A DNA stretch of 64,000 bases from Cyanidioschyzon merolae (lineage: Eukaryota): NCBI GenBank assembly GCA_000091205.1, contig AP006485.2, one strand, 5' to 3'. The position numbers were made by a program, and so were the translations under genes. The first letter of the stretch is position 1. Each line of letters starts with the position of its first letter. The notes beneath the pieces are model-generated. The model had not been told where the DNA came from and did not search any database. It was given only the letters and a program-made list of their open reading frames with translations. This document shows positions 10,303 to 21,700 of this stretch, one piece after another.

Positions 10303-11613
10303 ACGTTTGGATCTCTTCGCACTGCCATCAATAATAGTCTTTGTGGGGTTTTTCTTGCGACTGCTTCTGCTCCCTCTTCCATACCCGACTTTGAACAAGA
10401 TGCTCAATGCTTTCCTGGGAGCTAACTTGTCAACAGGTGAAGGGTGTTTATGGCAGTGTGCAAATCCTGATTTTGCAGCTACAACCTGTTGTCGACGCAG
10501 TCAATACGTAAGTAAAAATTGCGATCGACGTAGCTGTTCCATTGTTGAGCTTGTTTGTACAAAGGCGCTGTGCGACCTTTCCATCAGTCATATCGTGTTA
10601 TGGTCAGGTGTGTCCCTCTATATCCACCTCATTTCCTCCGTGCGCCGCGCTGGGGCGTGGAAACGCTTGCTTCACGCCCCCGTACATGTCCATGACTGCT
10701 ACTGAAGGGTACGCTCCATGCACGCCTCCTTTTTTTTGCAGCGTCAACTGTACCCCACGATCACGGGGCTTGTGCGTGGCAATCCCCTCGGCAAGTACAC
10801 TATTCGATGCATACGAGAGTGCACGCAGTTCCGTTCGATAGCGGATTTGCGAAACGCAATGTTATTGACGATGGAACAATTACCAGAAACAAGATCCAAG
10901 CTGGAAAACGGGTCAAGAAATTTCGGTCTGTCTACGCTCCCTTCGTGCGAAACGGTGACGCACACCCTACTGGAATCGATCGCTCGGATGACTCCAGTTC
11001 TAGTACCGAATCCTTTCCCAAGCAAACAGAAGAGGCGGGAGCCCCGCAAGCAGCGCACCACATCATACGGTACCCTGCTGCTCTGGAATGCCGTCTCGCC
11101 GATGAGCGCGAAGAGACAAGAATTTGTCTTTCGAATGCAATGGACCATTCCAAGCGACAAGTGACGTGAGCAATGGTCATGAGTTTGTGAACGAGTCGTC
11201 CATGGACGACGTCAAGGTTCTGGTATCGCTGGATAATCTAGGGACACAAATCGCTTCGCCCCTAGGGTGCCGTGAGAGAGCAACACTGAAGCGTTGAAGA
11301 GTGCACGATTAACGCGTGCTTCACGTACGGAACTTTAAAGCGTGGGAGCTTGAACCAGTGACTCGGATCATTATATCGAATATTCTACGAATCTTTATTC
11401 GATTGCGTCGTGAATCCCCCCGATCCCTGTAACGTAACAATTTCCAGCGGTACAGCGTCAAAGGAGGCATTCCGCGAAAAAATGGCGACCGATCGACAGC
11501 AAACTACTCATGAATCTACACGCTCCTACCTGCTGCATTTCGCATGTCGAGACTGCGGAACTGCAAGTTCGGATAAATGGAAAAACAGGAACATAGAGAG
11601 CAGTAAAGCACTG
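10303..11613 (+). repeat. Dispersed repeat family A, copy A1 (longest copy, about 1.3 kb), unclassified
   Basis: Near-identical to 38001..39242 (inverted) and to 24964..25646 (direct). Paired spurious ORFs differ by only 2 of 120 residues (10807..11169 versus 38377..38739). Boundaries were set where flanks diverge (acgtttggatc... on the left, ...gcagtaaagcactg on the right). I recognised no protein family, TIR, or TG/CA termini. Confidence 0.8.
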
Positions 11614-12900
11614 CACCCTAAACCGGTACAAATGGAGCGCCGCGAGCCCTGCCCAGACTCGGAGGCCAACAGGTCGTTCCGATTTGCAGTCAAACCGAAA
11701 CAAGAACCCGCGCCCTGCCACTCACCCCGAACAAGTGCTCTCAACAGCGACGCACAACAGACGCATTCTCAAAGCGTTTTCATTGGTTTTGTGCGACAGC
11801 ACCATTGCCGTGGAACCCTCTATTCGACACCCGCATGCGCCTCTGTATCTACGCATGCAAGCATGCATGGATTAGGGTCAAAGCAGTGACACATGTATGC
11901 ATCTATGTCACTATACGTCTAGGTATATCTAGACATATCCTATTCCTACTGGGGTTCGCAGGTCCGGTGACGATTCCGTCGCTGTAACGCTGCATGCGTA
12001 CATTCCTATGTTTTCCATCTCCCGTTCCACGAGCTGGAATTTGGATTCGTATCGCTCGTCGAGGTCGAATTCGAGCTGCTTGTACCAGCGACTCGCGAAC
12101 AGCGAAGTTCCATTCCATGAAGCAAACGAAACAGGTTCGGCGATAGCCAAGAAGGAATGCTCTCTCGATAAAACGAGTATCTGGTCTTACCCGCGCATAC
12201 CAGACGAGGCCCCTGGGAATAAAAGTGCATCAAGTGTGAAAACTGAGCGTTGTCGATCACCCAACCATTCCTTGTTCTGTGCAGCCTTGGTGGCACTAGA
12301 CTGGAATCTCTTCGCGATGCATGTGCCGCACTTGTCGCCACAGGAGGAGAGCAGACGGCAGCGGCATCGCCAGGCACGTGCAATTCTCGAAACATACGGC
12401 AGCAGTGCGTACAACTGGTACCGATACGACACCAGGAGCGAAAGCCGTAGATGAAGCACCGGATCACCACGACATGTGTAGGCTGTGCTCAGTGTTCCTG
12501 ATTCCGGGATAACGTTCTCGTCCTCGAAGGTCCATCTTGGTGGATATACCATTGCTTCTCTGCTGATTGACAGATTCTGTTGCTTCGCTCATCCTTGCAC
12601 CGGGACATATTTCGCAGTGAACGATACAGCAATCCTTCGCACCGGAGCCATCTTACGGTACGTAAGAGTGTAGAATGCGCTCCTGGAGCGCTTCTCGCAC
12701 GTCCGCTGTTCCCTAGCTACGTGAACCGCTTGCAGACTAGGCAACGTTTCCGGATGCCCGGCTCCGTCTGAGATGTTATCGATGAATCCAAAAACAGAGG
12801 CCAGGGCGGATTGTTTGGAGCGAGCCTGGGCGATCGCTCATGAAGATCTTCCAAGATCCAAGACTGCTCAAGCTAACTGCTTCGACGATGTTCATTCGAG

Positions 12901-13452
12901 TCACTGCACTGCGCTCTGAGGCTGTTTCGCACTCAGTGCTTCTTCTAAAGCAAGCACAGTTGCATCCAGTGGTTCCGTCAGCACCACCACAGGTTGTTCC
13001 AGCAGACTTACAAGCTGTTCGACATATTCACGCGAAGGACGTAGCAGCTCCAGTACCGAGCGTGTCACGACGGGTACAGCACCGATGCGTGCCCCGACCA
13101 GCAGTGCACCTGGAATCGCTTGCTCTGTGTACTTGGTGACTCGGAGCCAGACGTCAGCGTTCTCACCAAAGACGACTAAAGCTGGACCACCTCGAAATAG
13201 CGGCAAAAGCGGTCGCTGGTTAGCACGTTCGAGCGCGATGCGTACCCACTTGGGAACAGCATACCGCACGTCGACTGAGGAGCCAAGCGCCCCGGTACCG
13301 TGCAAGATGCGCAGCCTTTGCTTCGTGCGTCCCCAGGCACTGTTCTGTGTGAGTGCAATCACACTAAAGTAGGTTGACTGGCGGCAAATACTTTCCCAGC
13401 GCTCGATCCAGAGTAGCTTACGTAGTACGCGAACGCTTAACGCACCAGTCAT
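12901..13452 (-). CDS. Bacterial-type ribosomal protein L10-like (organellar uL10), tentative
   Basis: ATG at 13452. The pattern ...VIALTQNSAWGRTKQRLRILHGTG...VRYAVPKWVRIALE...PLLPLFRGGPALVVFGENAD...LLVGARIGAVPVVTRSVLELLRPS follows the uL10 layout (LR..l+..g...V.KN...A....l...l.GP.a..f). The match is by eye only. Confidence 0.4.
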   Translation of the reverse strand: MTGALSVRVLRKLLWIERWESICRQSTYFSVIALTQNSAWGRTKQRLRILHGTGALGSSVDVRYAVPKWVRIALERANQRPLLPLFRGGPALVVFGENADVWLRVTKYTEQAIPGALLVGARIGAVPVVTRSVLELLRPSREYVEQLVSLLEQPVVVLTEPLDATVLALEEALSAKQPQSAVQ

Positions 13453-13829
13453 AGGCGTTCAAGCGTACCTGCGACATACCCGAGAAGCAACAGGCCTGAC
13501 AAGCGCTCCGCTGCAGTGCGTTTCTACGGGCGACGCAGGCGGCGCTGCACGTCGACGGTGGGGTGGCGGCGGTGCTGCAGCGACGGGGAGCACGACACAG
13601 GCCTTGTCTACGCTTGCTTGATGCTTTCAGAGGTTCACAGAACTGGATAGGTCCATAGTCGTGGTGTATATACGGGGCTTTGTTCTGTGGAGGTACCGAC
13701 GTTCCCTTTCTGTGAATCGGCGGGCGTGTATTCGATGTGATCGAATGTTAGACTACGAGTACGGTTGAATCCTCGGACAGAGCGATCGTCTGCGGTGGTT
13801 ATGGATGCGATTCTTTAGTCGTTCTGGAA

Positions 13830-15021
13830 TGCGGACTCCTACCATATCCATGACCTACTCTTAAGGGGAGTATCCAATCAATCGACGCTACCCCGGCGGA
13901 TGAATGTTTTCACGACAGGAGTTTTCACGGGTTTCAGCATGATTCGCAGACTAAGCACGAAATCATATTTTAGGAGTTTCGCTCTGTACAAAACTGCTGG
14001 TCGCTCCGCAAGCACGAAACATCTCCCGATATTCATAGAGACTCCGATATTTCGGTGCAGAACGTGCTCGCACCTGTGGCTGCCAGTGGCATCATTCCAA
14101 AGCGTGCCTGTCATTGTCGATTGCCCCGTTATCTGAGGTTCAGTCAGCATCCGCTGTACCATGATGTGCTTCGGTCTCTGCTTTTCGCGCGTCTGCTTCG
14201 CTGTCCGCTTCACCGGGCACCCTGACTCGTGGAGCGCGTACGTCGACCCAGACGCATCGCTGGGAATCGTGCCGCATCCATGTGCATCCACAGTTGTACG
14301 CTCTCGTGGATGGAGCAGGAGTGCAGCCTTGGCATGCTATAGCGCATCGATTGCTCTGTGGTATCACGAAACGACACGATACGAACGATCGAAGGTTTCC
14401 TTCCCCGTCGCATGAAAAGCGTTGGTGAATGCACGCTTGTCGCCTGGGTAGCACTGGAACCGGTGGCGACCCAGCGCTGTCTCATTGACTCTTGCCGGAG
14501 ATCGTCCGTACGCGCCATTTTGGACGTCTCGGGATGCTCTAGGTGAAGCATCCGAAGCACTGGTGTCGGCGCGAGACTGTACGCAGAGCGTCGAGCTGCA
14601 GGATGGGTGGCTAGGGGCTATGGCGCCTCTGCTGCATCTCCTGGTATGCCGCATGGCGTTTATGACGCTCGACTCTCGATGACGGTGCGCTCTGGGAAAC
14701 TCGAGCCGCTTCATCTGCTTTCACCCAGGATGCAAGGCTCTGTCCTTTTGATCAATACCTATGGCGACGGGCACGACACGCCCACACAAGTAGGCATCCA
14801 AAGTCTTTCTCCAGTACTACCTCGAAGGGTGGAACGTGATTCTCGAGTTTCGAGGTAGGCATAGGTTTCAAAAAGGGCATGCACAGGGATATGAGGTCGC
14901 TTTCGATTTTCGATGTAAGCATCTTTCCATTTCCTCCATGTACTCGATAAATCTTACACAAACTCCGCCGACGCTCTTCTGCCGAGCTGCTCGAATGCTT
15001 CGTAGTTGATCGCAGAGACCA
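13830..15021 (-). mobile_element. LTR-like repeat B, copy B1 (1192 bp), probable 3' LTR of a truncated Ty1/copia-like element
   Basis: Same length as, and near-identical to, 58421..59612 (3 differences in a 137-aa spurious ORF pair). In minus orientation it starts TGGTCTCTGCG and ends GGAGTCCGCA (TG...CA). A pol-like reading frame from the right flank runs about 24 codons into it (LVSAINYEAFEQLGRRASAEFV*). Confidence 0.6.
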
Positions 15022-16060
15022 GGTGCTTCTTCGGCACCGACTTGTCTCGGCAAGGTGGCATGGCAGTGGTCGCTATACTTCATGTCCGTGACCTTCGTGG
15101 GATTTCGCACGTCGTGGATGAAGGCTACGACAACAACTCTCCTTTTCTACCTATGTCTAGACGGTTACTCAAGTACCTCTTCGTCACCTTCTCCGTCGCG
15201 AGCATGTCCACGGACTGAAGCTCGCCTTGCCGACCCCGCTTCGCACACGAACACTGAAACAGCACAGCAGTACAGGGCTGGTGAACCTCGAAACGACATG
15301 TCGCTGAATAGTGCCGTAGAGCCGAACGTCCCGTCTATGGATCCGTTCGCTCAAACGGGGCTATTGACAGCAACGCAAGGCGCTTCCTACGGGAAAGAAG
15401 CGGAGAGCACCCGCTTCCACCGCCAGCAGCTCAACGCCAGTCTCAGCTGCGTGCTCCTTCACCGCTTTCGAGTGAAGCAAAGTGACGTTTTCGAAAAACA
15501 GGACAAGAGAATGTACGGAGGCGAATCGAAGACGCATGCTTTCACGAAGAATGACTTGTTGAACGAGCCCATCTGTTTGGCGACCTGTGTGCGACCAAGC
15601 GACTGCATAGCCGGCACCGCTGCTACTATCGGGTGTTCGCTGGTCTCCTCTTGAAGAACTGCGGTTTGCGACTCTTTTTGAGAACCGGTGTCATACAGGT
15701 TTACCAATTTCTTCGACTCAATCCTTATCGAGTGAGCAGAAACTTCGCCCTTGAAATCTATGCACTCTCGTATCCGTCCGGAATCGATCACTCAAGTCGC
15801 TCTATGTGCAGTGCCCTCTCCCGGGGGAGCGCACGTTGCTTGTTGTCAGAGCCTGTCCCTTTATGAAAACTCTTTTCGACGACACAAATGCTCGACACCT
15901 TAATGATACATTGATCATACTCGTTAGACCAGGTGCGGGATCGGAATCGATTGACGTGGACAGAGCCGTCTACGTCGACTTTGTTCAGTTCTGTTTTGCG
16001 ACCGACCAACTTCATGATACGGTCGAGGGAAAGCATGGTTCATCCACCTGCTGCCAATAG
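15022..16060 (-). mobile_element. Degenerate Ty1/copia-like pol C-terminal (RNase H region) remnant attached to B1
   Basis: ORF 15459..15791 contains ...GSQKESQTAVLQEETSEHPIVAAVPAM. That shares S.K..QTAV with the loci at 51.4 kb (DNSKRGQTAVHRKK) and 60.8 kb (GSSKKGQTAVRRQE) and resembles the copia RNase H motif SKKQ..VA.SS.EAEY.A. Further on, ...FIHDVRNPTKVTDMK resembles KHIDVRYHFVRE. Frames are broken. Confidence 0.4.
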
Positions 16061-16488
16061 AATGACGGACATGTGCGGGGTCGACCATTTATCGCAAGCG
16101 ATCCACACCAGCATCAAGGATTCCGCGCTTTTTTACCAATCCACAGCATTCATTTTTATCGATGAATACCTGCGAGAACAACAAATAGCAGTAAAAGAGC
16201 GTGCTCATCCAACTGTTCCAGAGTTCACTGCTCTAATGATCAAAGACTGACGTCGCGTCACTCGTACAAGCGAAACCGATGTCCTGAGTGGTTACGCAGC
16301 ACCCGTTCAAGCGAACTGGGCGCTCTCCACCATCCCGCCAACGCTTCCATCACGCCCGGGCATTCACACAGGTCTTCGAGAGGCGGAAACAAGGAACCCA
16401 GTGGCTTGCAAACCCTCTCCAGAGCAGCACACGAGTCCGCACAAGCAGTAAGGAGAATGGAGCTCTCCGTCCAGGAGCATACGCTCAT

Positions 16489-18675
16489 CTACGATGGCGT
16501 TCTGTCGCGAGTGGCGGTGTTCGCGCTGGTAGCAGCAGGCGGCACTAGCGGCACCCGATGCGCTTTCGACTTGTCTGCTGAACGCTCCTGCAGCTCATTC
16601 GTCGATAGGAGAGGTACTGGCGCCGGCAAACACGCACTGGATGTATCATTCGCTGCTCCGAGAACATCCACATAACGCTGACGTATGCTACGAGGTCTTG
16701 ACACCTGATTCCGAGTCGTCATCGACATTGTCGTCGTCCCTGGACACGATGCAGCAACTGGCGGCAATGCTCCAGGTAGCGTACGGGTACTTGACTCGGA
16801 GGCTACTGCACCCGACACTTGTTCCTTCGTTGCTGCTGCTGATGTTTCATTGCATCCAGCGGACTTGTGCGCCAGTTCCGCGTCGCTGGGCGGCGGCGCC
16901 AGCACAGCACCCCCTCCAGCGGCATCGACATCATCGGCAGCACATACCCAGCGACCTAGTTTGTCATCATAGTAGAATTTGTTCTCCAGACCCAGATTGG
17001 CCTGCTTACGGGCAAACAGGCCCCCGAGTATGCGCAGGGGTAGCAGACGCGACAAACCCTTCGCTTGTGGTGCCTCTGCTGATGCTGATGCGGCGGGTGG
17101 CTTCGTATCCGTAGCTGCTGGACAAGCAGCACGCTGTGGCACTTCATGGACTGCGACGCGTTCCTGGTGAGGATGCATTGCTGACGCAGGCAGCACCCTT
17201 GACTCGGTATCGGATCGTGACGATGCAGCAGCGGTATCCGTAATGTCTGGTGACGTAGAGGTAGCGCGCGCTGCAGGTGCATTTGCAAGCACTTGTGCGC
17301 GCTGCGAGGTACCAGAGTGTGTCGTGCTTGACCGATTTTCACTGAACGAGGCATTTTCGTTGCCGCCGTAACCAGCGTTCGACGAATGCTCCGCTGCTGG
17401 CGGTCTAGGAGCAGACAACGCTGGCGACGATGCCCATGACTGCGAGCAGGTCTCAGCGTCGGCTTCGACCGGTACCCGCTGCGTATCGCGTGCACTACTC
17501 GAGAACTGCATCTCTGCATCAGGCTCGCCGCAGTTGCTGTTGCTAGCACCGGCGGAATGATAAGACCCCGGATAGGGGCAGGGCTTCCAACGTTCTTGCT
17601 GTTGTTCTTGCTGCTGATCATCGTGCAACCCTGCCGATACGATGCTCAGCTGTTGGAAATCAGCACGTACAGCACGCTGCGGAGAAGCAACAACCTCGTC
17701 GACGCTGCTCGTGAGCCTCGCAGAGGCCGGTGTTGCATCCACGACAAGACGCTGCGTCGTTGCCTCTGCCGCCCTAGGCGAGCAGCGCAGATCCCCGTCA
17801 CCTGTGGCAATCGATCCGCGATGCCCCAGAGACAAGTCGCCATTCCATGTGTGGACTGCATCCAGCGCAGTTGGAGAGAGCTGCAGCGTGGATGCAGGTC
17901 CATGACTCGCAACGCCGCAGGCTGACGACGACGGCGACGACGACGACGACACTCTAACGCTTTGCTCCCTACAAGGTGAAAAGCTTGCAGCTGTCGCCTC
18001 TGCGGTGCTCTTCGCTCGACGCCACGATTGCATCCCAGGGGTTTGCGTCGCGGCTGCCTCGGGTGCAATGCAGTGCTTCCCTGGTATCGGGGTGCGCTCT
18101 TCAGCACTTTCGTTTCCAGCGATCACCGGTATCTGGTAGCGTTGCGCGAGCGCACAACGACCAACATCCTGCAACGCCTCCGCAAGCGACACATGCACCC
18201 AAGCAGTGAAGCGCGTCGAGCGTTCTCGATGCACTGCATCAGCACCAGAGGGGGCTTCTGGATCGAAGCGCTTCGACCAGAGCATCCGGTAAACCTCCCA
18301 GAAAATCAACCGGTACACCGGACAAGGCGCTGGCATCGATATGCGCGCAGCACCCGAGGCACAGGCCGCCAGTGAAGTTCCAGTTGCCTTTTGGTACAAG
18401 TCGCTGGTGCTGGCCTCGTTCAAGTGCTGGTGCAGTGTCGTTGACGTTGACGTTAAGGTTAATGATGAAAGTCTCGTTGCTGGTACCCCCGGTTCGATAC
18501 CCTTCAGAAGCAGGTCACAGAAAGCTGGTGACCAGGGCGACTCTGCGGCGATCATTCGACAGAGCATCTCACGATCTATATCCCAGTCGTGATCAGCAGC
18601 AGTCAGTGTTTCTGCGACGATAGAAAATGCCCTCGACAGTGCCGCTTGATGCCCAGACTCTACAACAGATCCCGA

Positions 18676-18717
<42 letters not shown>

Positions 18718-21700
18718 ACGCCAGGGCGAAAGGATCCAGAGGCAGTCCAAGAGCGCTTGCCAGGGCCATGCACCCCCGGATGGTGCAACCAGGCGCCTTG
18801 TTGCCGACCGAATGAGGTCTTCGTCGGCGATCATCACTGCCAGTAACAGGGCAAGCAAGGAATCGCGTGCGTAACCCGAAAGGAGCAGTTGTCGAATGGT
18901 CTGTACGCGCCAGTGCTGGGGCGCAGGTTCCTCTTCGTCGTCGTCGTCGTCGTCGTCGTCGTTGACGTCGTCGTCGGGAATGCTATGAAGGAGATGCCCG
19001 CTTGTCGCTGTCGAGCGTTCATCCGGTGGCCAGAGTCCGGCTTGCGCTTCGCTGACAAGTAGCGCCAGTGTCCAGTCATTGGCCTGTTGCGCAAGACGGA
19101 TCGCTGTGCGGTACTGACCGAACAGAAGCGCTCGTTCAATCTGTTTGACATGCGACTGGGACGCATCAACGCCCTCATCAGCACCAAGAACAACGACAGA
19201 TGCGGCAGCAGCGTCTACGCGATGCTCCTGCAACATATGGCATAGCGCTGGCGATAGCGGCAACATCGAATGCTTTCGCGATGCGCGATTCGCTCGACTT
19301 GATATCAGTGAGCGCTCACCCGATCCAGATGTAAAAGAAGCGACAGATTGACTATGCGACATTTCCGACACGTGCACGAGGTTGGGGAGCACCTGACAGA
19401 GGAGTCGGCAAAGCAACCGACTTGCCGAATCGTCGTTCTCGTGTCGTTCCCAGGTCGCTTCCAGGCGATCACCGAAACGCTCCAGCACTTGACTCAGCTC
19501 CAGAGGCTCATCCGTTTCCGGCAACCAGTGCACGAGTGCCGTCACGTCCACATCGATACCGTCGAGTTCGGACACCAGTGACCAAGTATGATAGACATGA
19601 ACATCCGTATTGAGCTGTTGCTCAGCTGGATCTGCGTGGTCGCTGCAGGAGCCCCGATCGCTATCGTTCGTCCATGGAGCTGTCCCTGGTATCGAGATCG
19701 GTATCGGTGTCGCTGAAAAGGCATCGTTGGCGCTGGGTAAGCTACAGAGTACGCGTGGCGCCGACAATGCGAAATAGCCCAAGGAGCTGAAGGCCGCGGT
19801 TGGGCACAGCGGTTTCCCAACTGGACTCCAGTTCGCCGCTTGAGAAGCCATCATGGCATTCGTTGCGAATGGCGATACCCCCGAGAACACGCTCGCACCA
19901 GCATCATTTGCAGCAGAAGCTGGTGGCGATGTTGACGTTCGCTGCAGAGACGATATCGCGGTCACCAACTTGTCGTCATTGTCGTCGTCGTGAGTGTGAA
20001 CGTGGTGCAGAGTCCGGGTTGCCTCCCGAGCGTCCCAGCGAGCACCATCGTTCACAGCAGAGTGTGCAGCAGCGTTCCCTGGAGATACTGAAGCTGGCGA
20101 CGCCTTCAACGATGCTACCGCGCTCGCCTGCGACCTGTGCTGCTCCCAGGAAGCTTGTGTCGACCGGCCAGCAAGTGCATCCTCCGTGTTCGCGTCGTCG
20201 ATGAGCCGCTCACGATCATCAGCACTATGAGCATCGGCACCTGGACGCATCACAGGCGCTGCTGCGAACTCGGAATGATGCTTGAGCGGGGGCCCTGCCC
20301 AGACACCCGTCTCGAATGCCGTATCTAGGCGCAGGCCTTGTGTGGAGGTGTCGGGTTGCTCAGCGAAGGCAACCATGGATGTTGTGAATGCTTCCTCACA
20401 AGTCTGCGCATCTGTGTTAGCAGCGGTGTCGCTTGGGGCAAGCGCTTGAAGCATTTGCTGTGGCTGCGCAGCGTCCGGCGCTGAAAAGAAAGCCGCGCCC
20501 TCCGTGATAGTGCCCCAGAGGGCCTGCCTGGTCCCCGGCGTTGCCGTTGCCGCAACATTCGTGGACGCCCAGGGAGCCTCGTGACCCCAGGGATGCTCGG
20601 CAGTCGACTCGCCGTCGTCGTCCGCAGTGCCGTCAACGTCGCTGTCGGCATTGGAGCGTTCACGGCGTTGTACCTGCTGCCTATGGTCCACGTGCACGGG
20701 GTCATCGGTCACCAACTCGGGTGAATACGTCTCCGCGAGGCGCAAACGATGCATTGCTTCAGCGCTGGCGTCATGTTCCGGAGTAGCGAGAGGCAGCTCG
20801 CGTCCATAGCCGGGACTATGTACGCTTGTCGAAGGAGAAGCTCGTGTCTTGTGCTGGGACGGCGTCCAGGAGCGACTCGAATCCTCACGCTGCGATGTCG
20901 GTTGCGGTGGCGTTTCTGCTTGCGGGCAAGTCGCGTGCATTTTCATTGCTGCAGCGCCTCCATCTGAACTCCATGAAAGCGGCAGCTGTGTTGCAGCATT
21001 AGAAGACGTATACAACGGATCATCGGTACTGCGTGGTGCATCAGTGCACGTTTCGGGTGATCTTGGAGAGCGACTCGCTCCGGAATGCTCGTCTGGTGAT
21101 GTGCTGGCGAATGACTGCTTTGCGACTGCTTCATCTGCTCCGGATCGACGATCCGGGGCCTTCGCCTGTGGCAAATATGAGACTTCGAACTGTAATTGGT
21201 GATGCTGAGACACAACGTCAGGGGTCGGGTCTGCAGGCTCGTTATCCGGGAGCGCACCTGAAAAGTCGATCGCACTCTGGTACAGTCGAGGTTGCGACAA
21301 GTTTGCGGGCGCTGTAGTTGCACGCGTTTCAGTATCACCACCAGCCGCAGACGTCCGCAGTGCGATAAACGTGTCCGCCACAGAAACGTTCGCATCCGTC
21401 AGCGACATTCGCGGTGCAACTTCCGTTTCCTGGACTGTCGGCAGCGGTGTCGCTATCGTCCAGGCGCGCAATTCTCCGTCTTTGGAATCGAAAGGATACC
21501 GTTGTTCTGGATCATCAGCATGTCTTTGGTGCGGAGAAGCGCCTCTCGAGCGCACGGGTTCCAGCGACGACAAAACCGGCAGGTGATCGCCTTGCTCACG
21601 CGAGTGGCCTACATGTGGAAGCTCGGAGCGTCGAGCCACAGTCGGATACCCGTGAAGTATCGTCTCAGCTGCCTCCGTTGACTGGTGCTCCCAGGGCGCC

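Noticed and set aside
11614-11660. A possible primer-binding site (TGGAGCGCCGCGAGCCC) after repeat A1, which would make family A an LTR.
   Set aside because: It lies about 23 nt beyond the repeat boundary rather than adjacent to it. It is absent from the A2 flank. Family A lacks TG...CA ends and has no retroelement coding sequence next to it.
11929-12700. Overlapping mid-size minus-strand ORFs with locally coding-looking stretches in three frames (for example SRWYKQLEFDLDERYESKFQLVEREMEN, PRWTFEDENVIPESG). This could be a frame-shifted or intron-containing small gene.
   Set aside because: I could not assign any family or build a consistent exon model by eye. I left it unannotated. It would need RNA-seq or a profile search to revisit.
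15459-15791. The DTGS tetrapeptide (NLYDTGSQKE) looked like a retroviral-type aspartic protease active site.
   Set aside because: The same segment aligns with the S.K..QTAV segments at 51.4 and 60.8 kb, which lie downstream of RT-like motifs and just upstream of the pol C-terminus/LTR. That is the RNase H region, not the protease. The DTG is probably coincidental.
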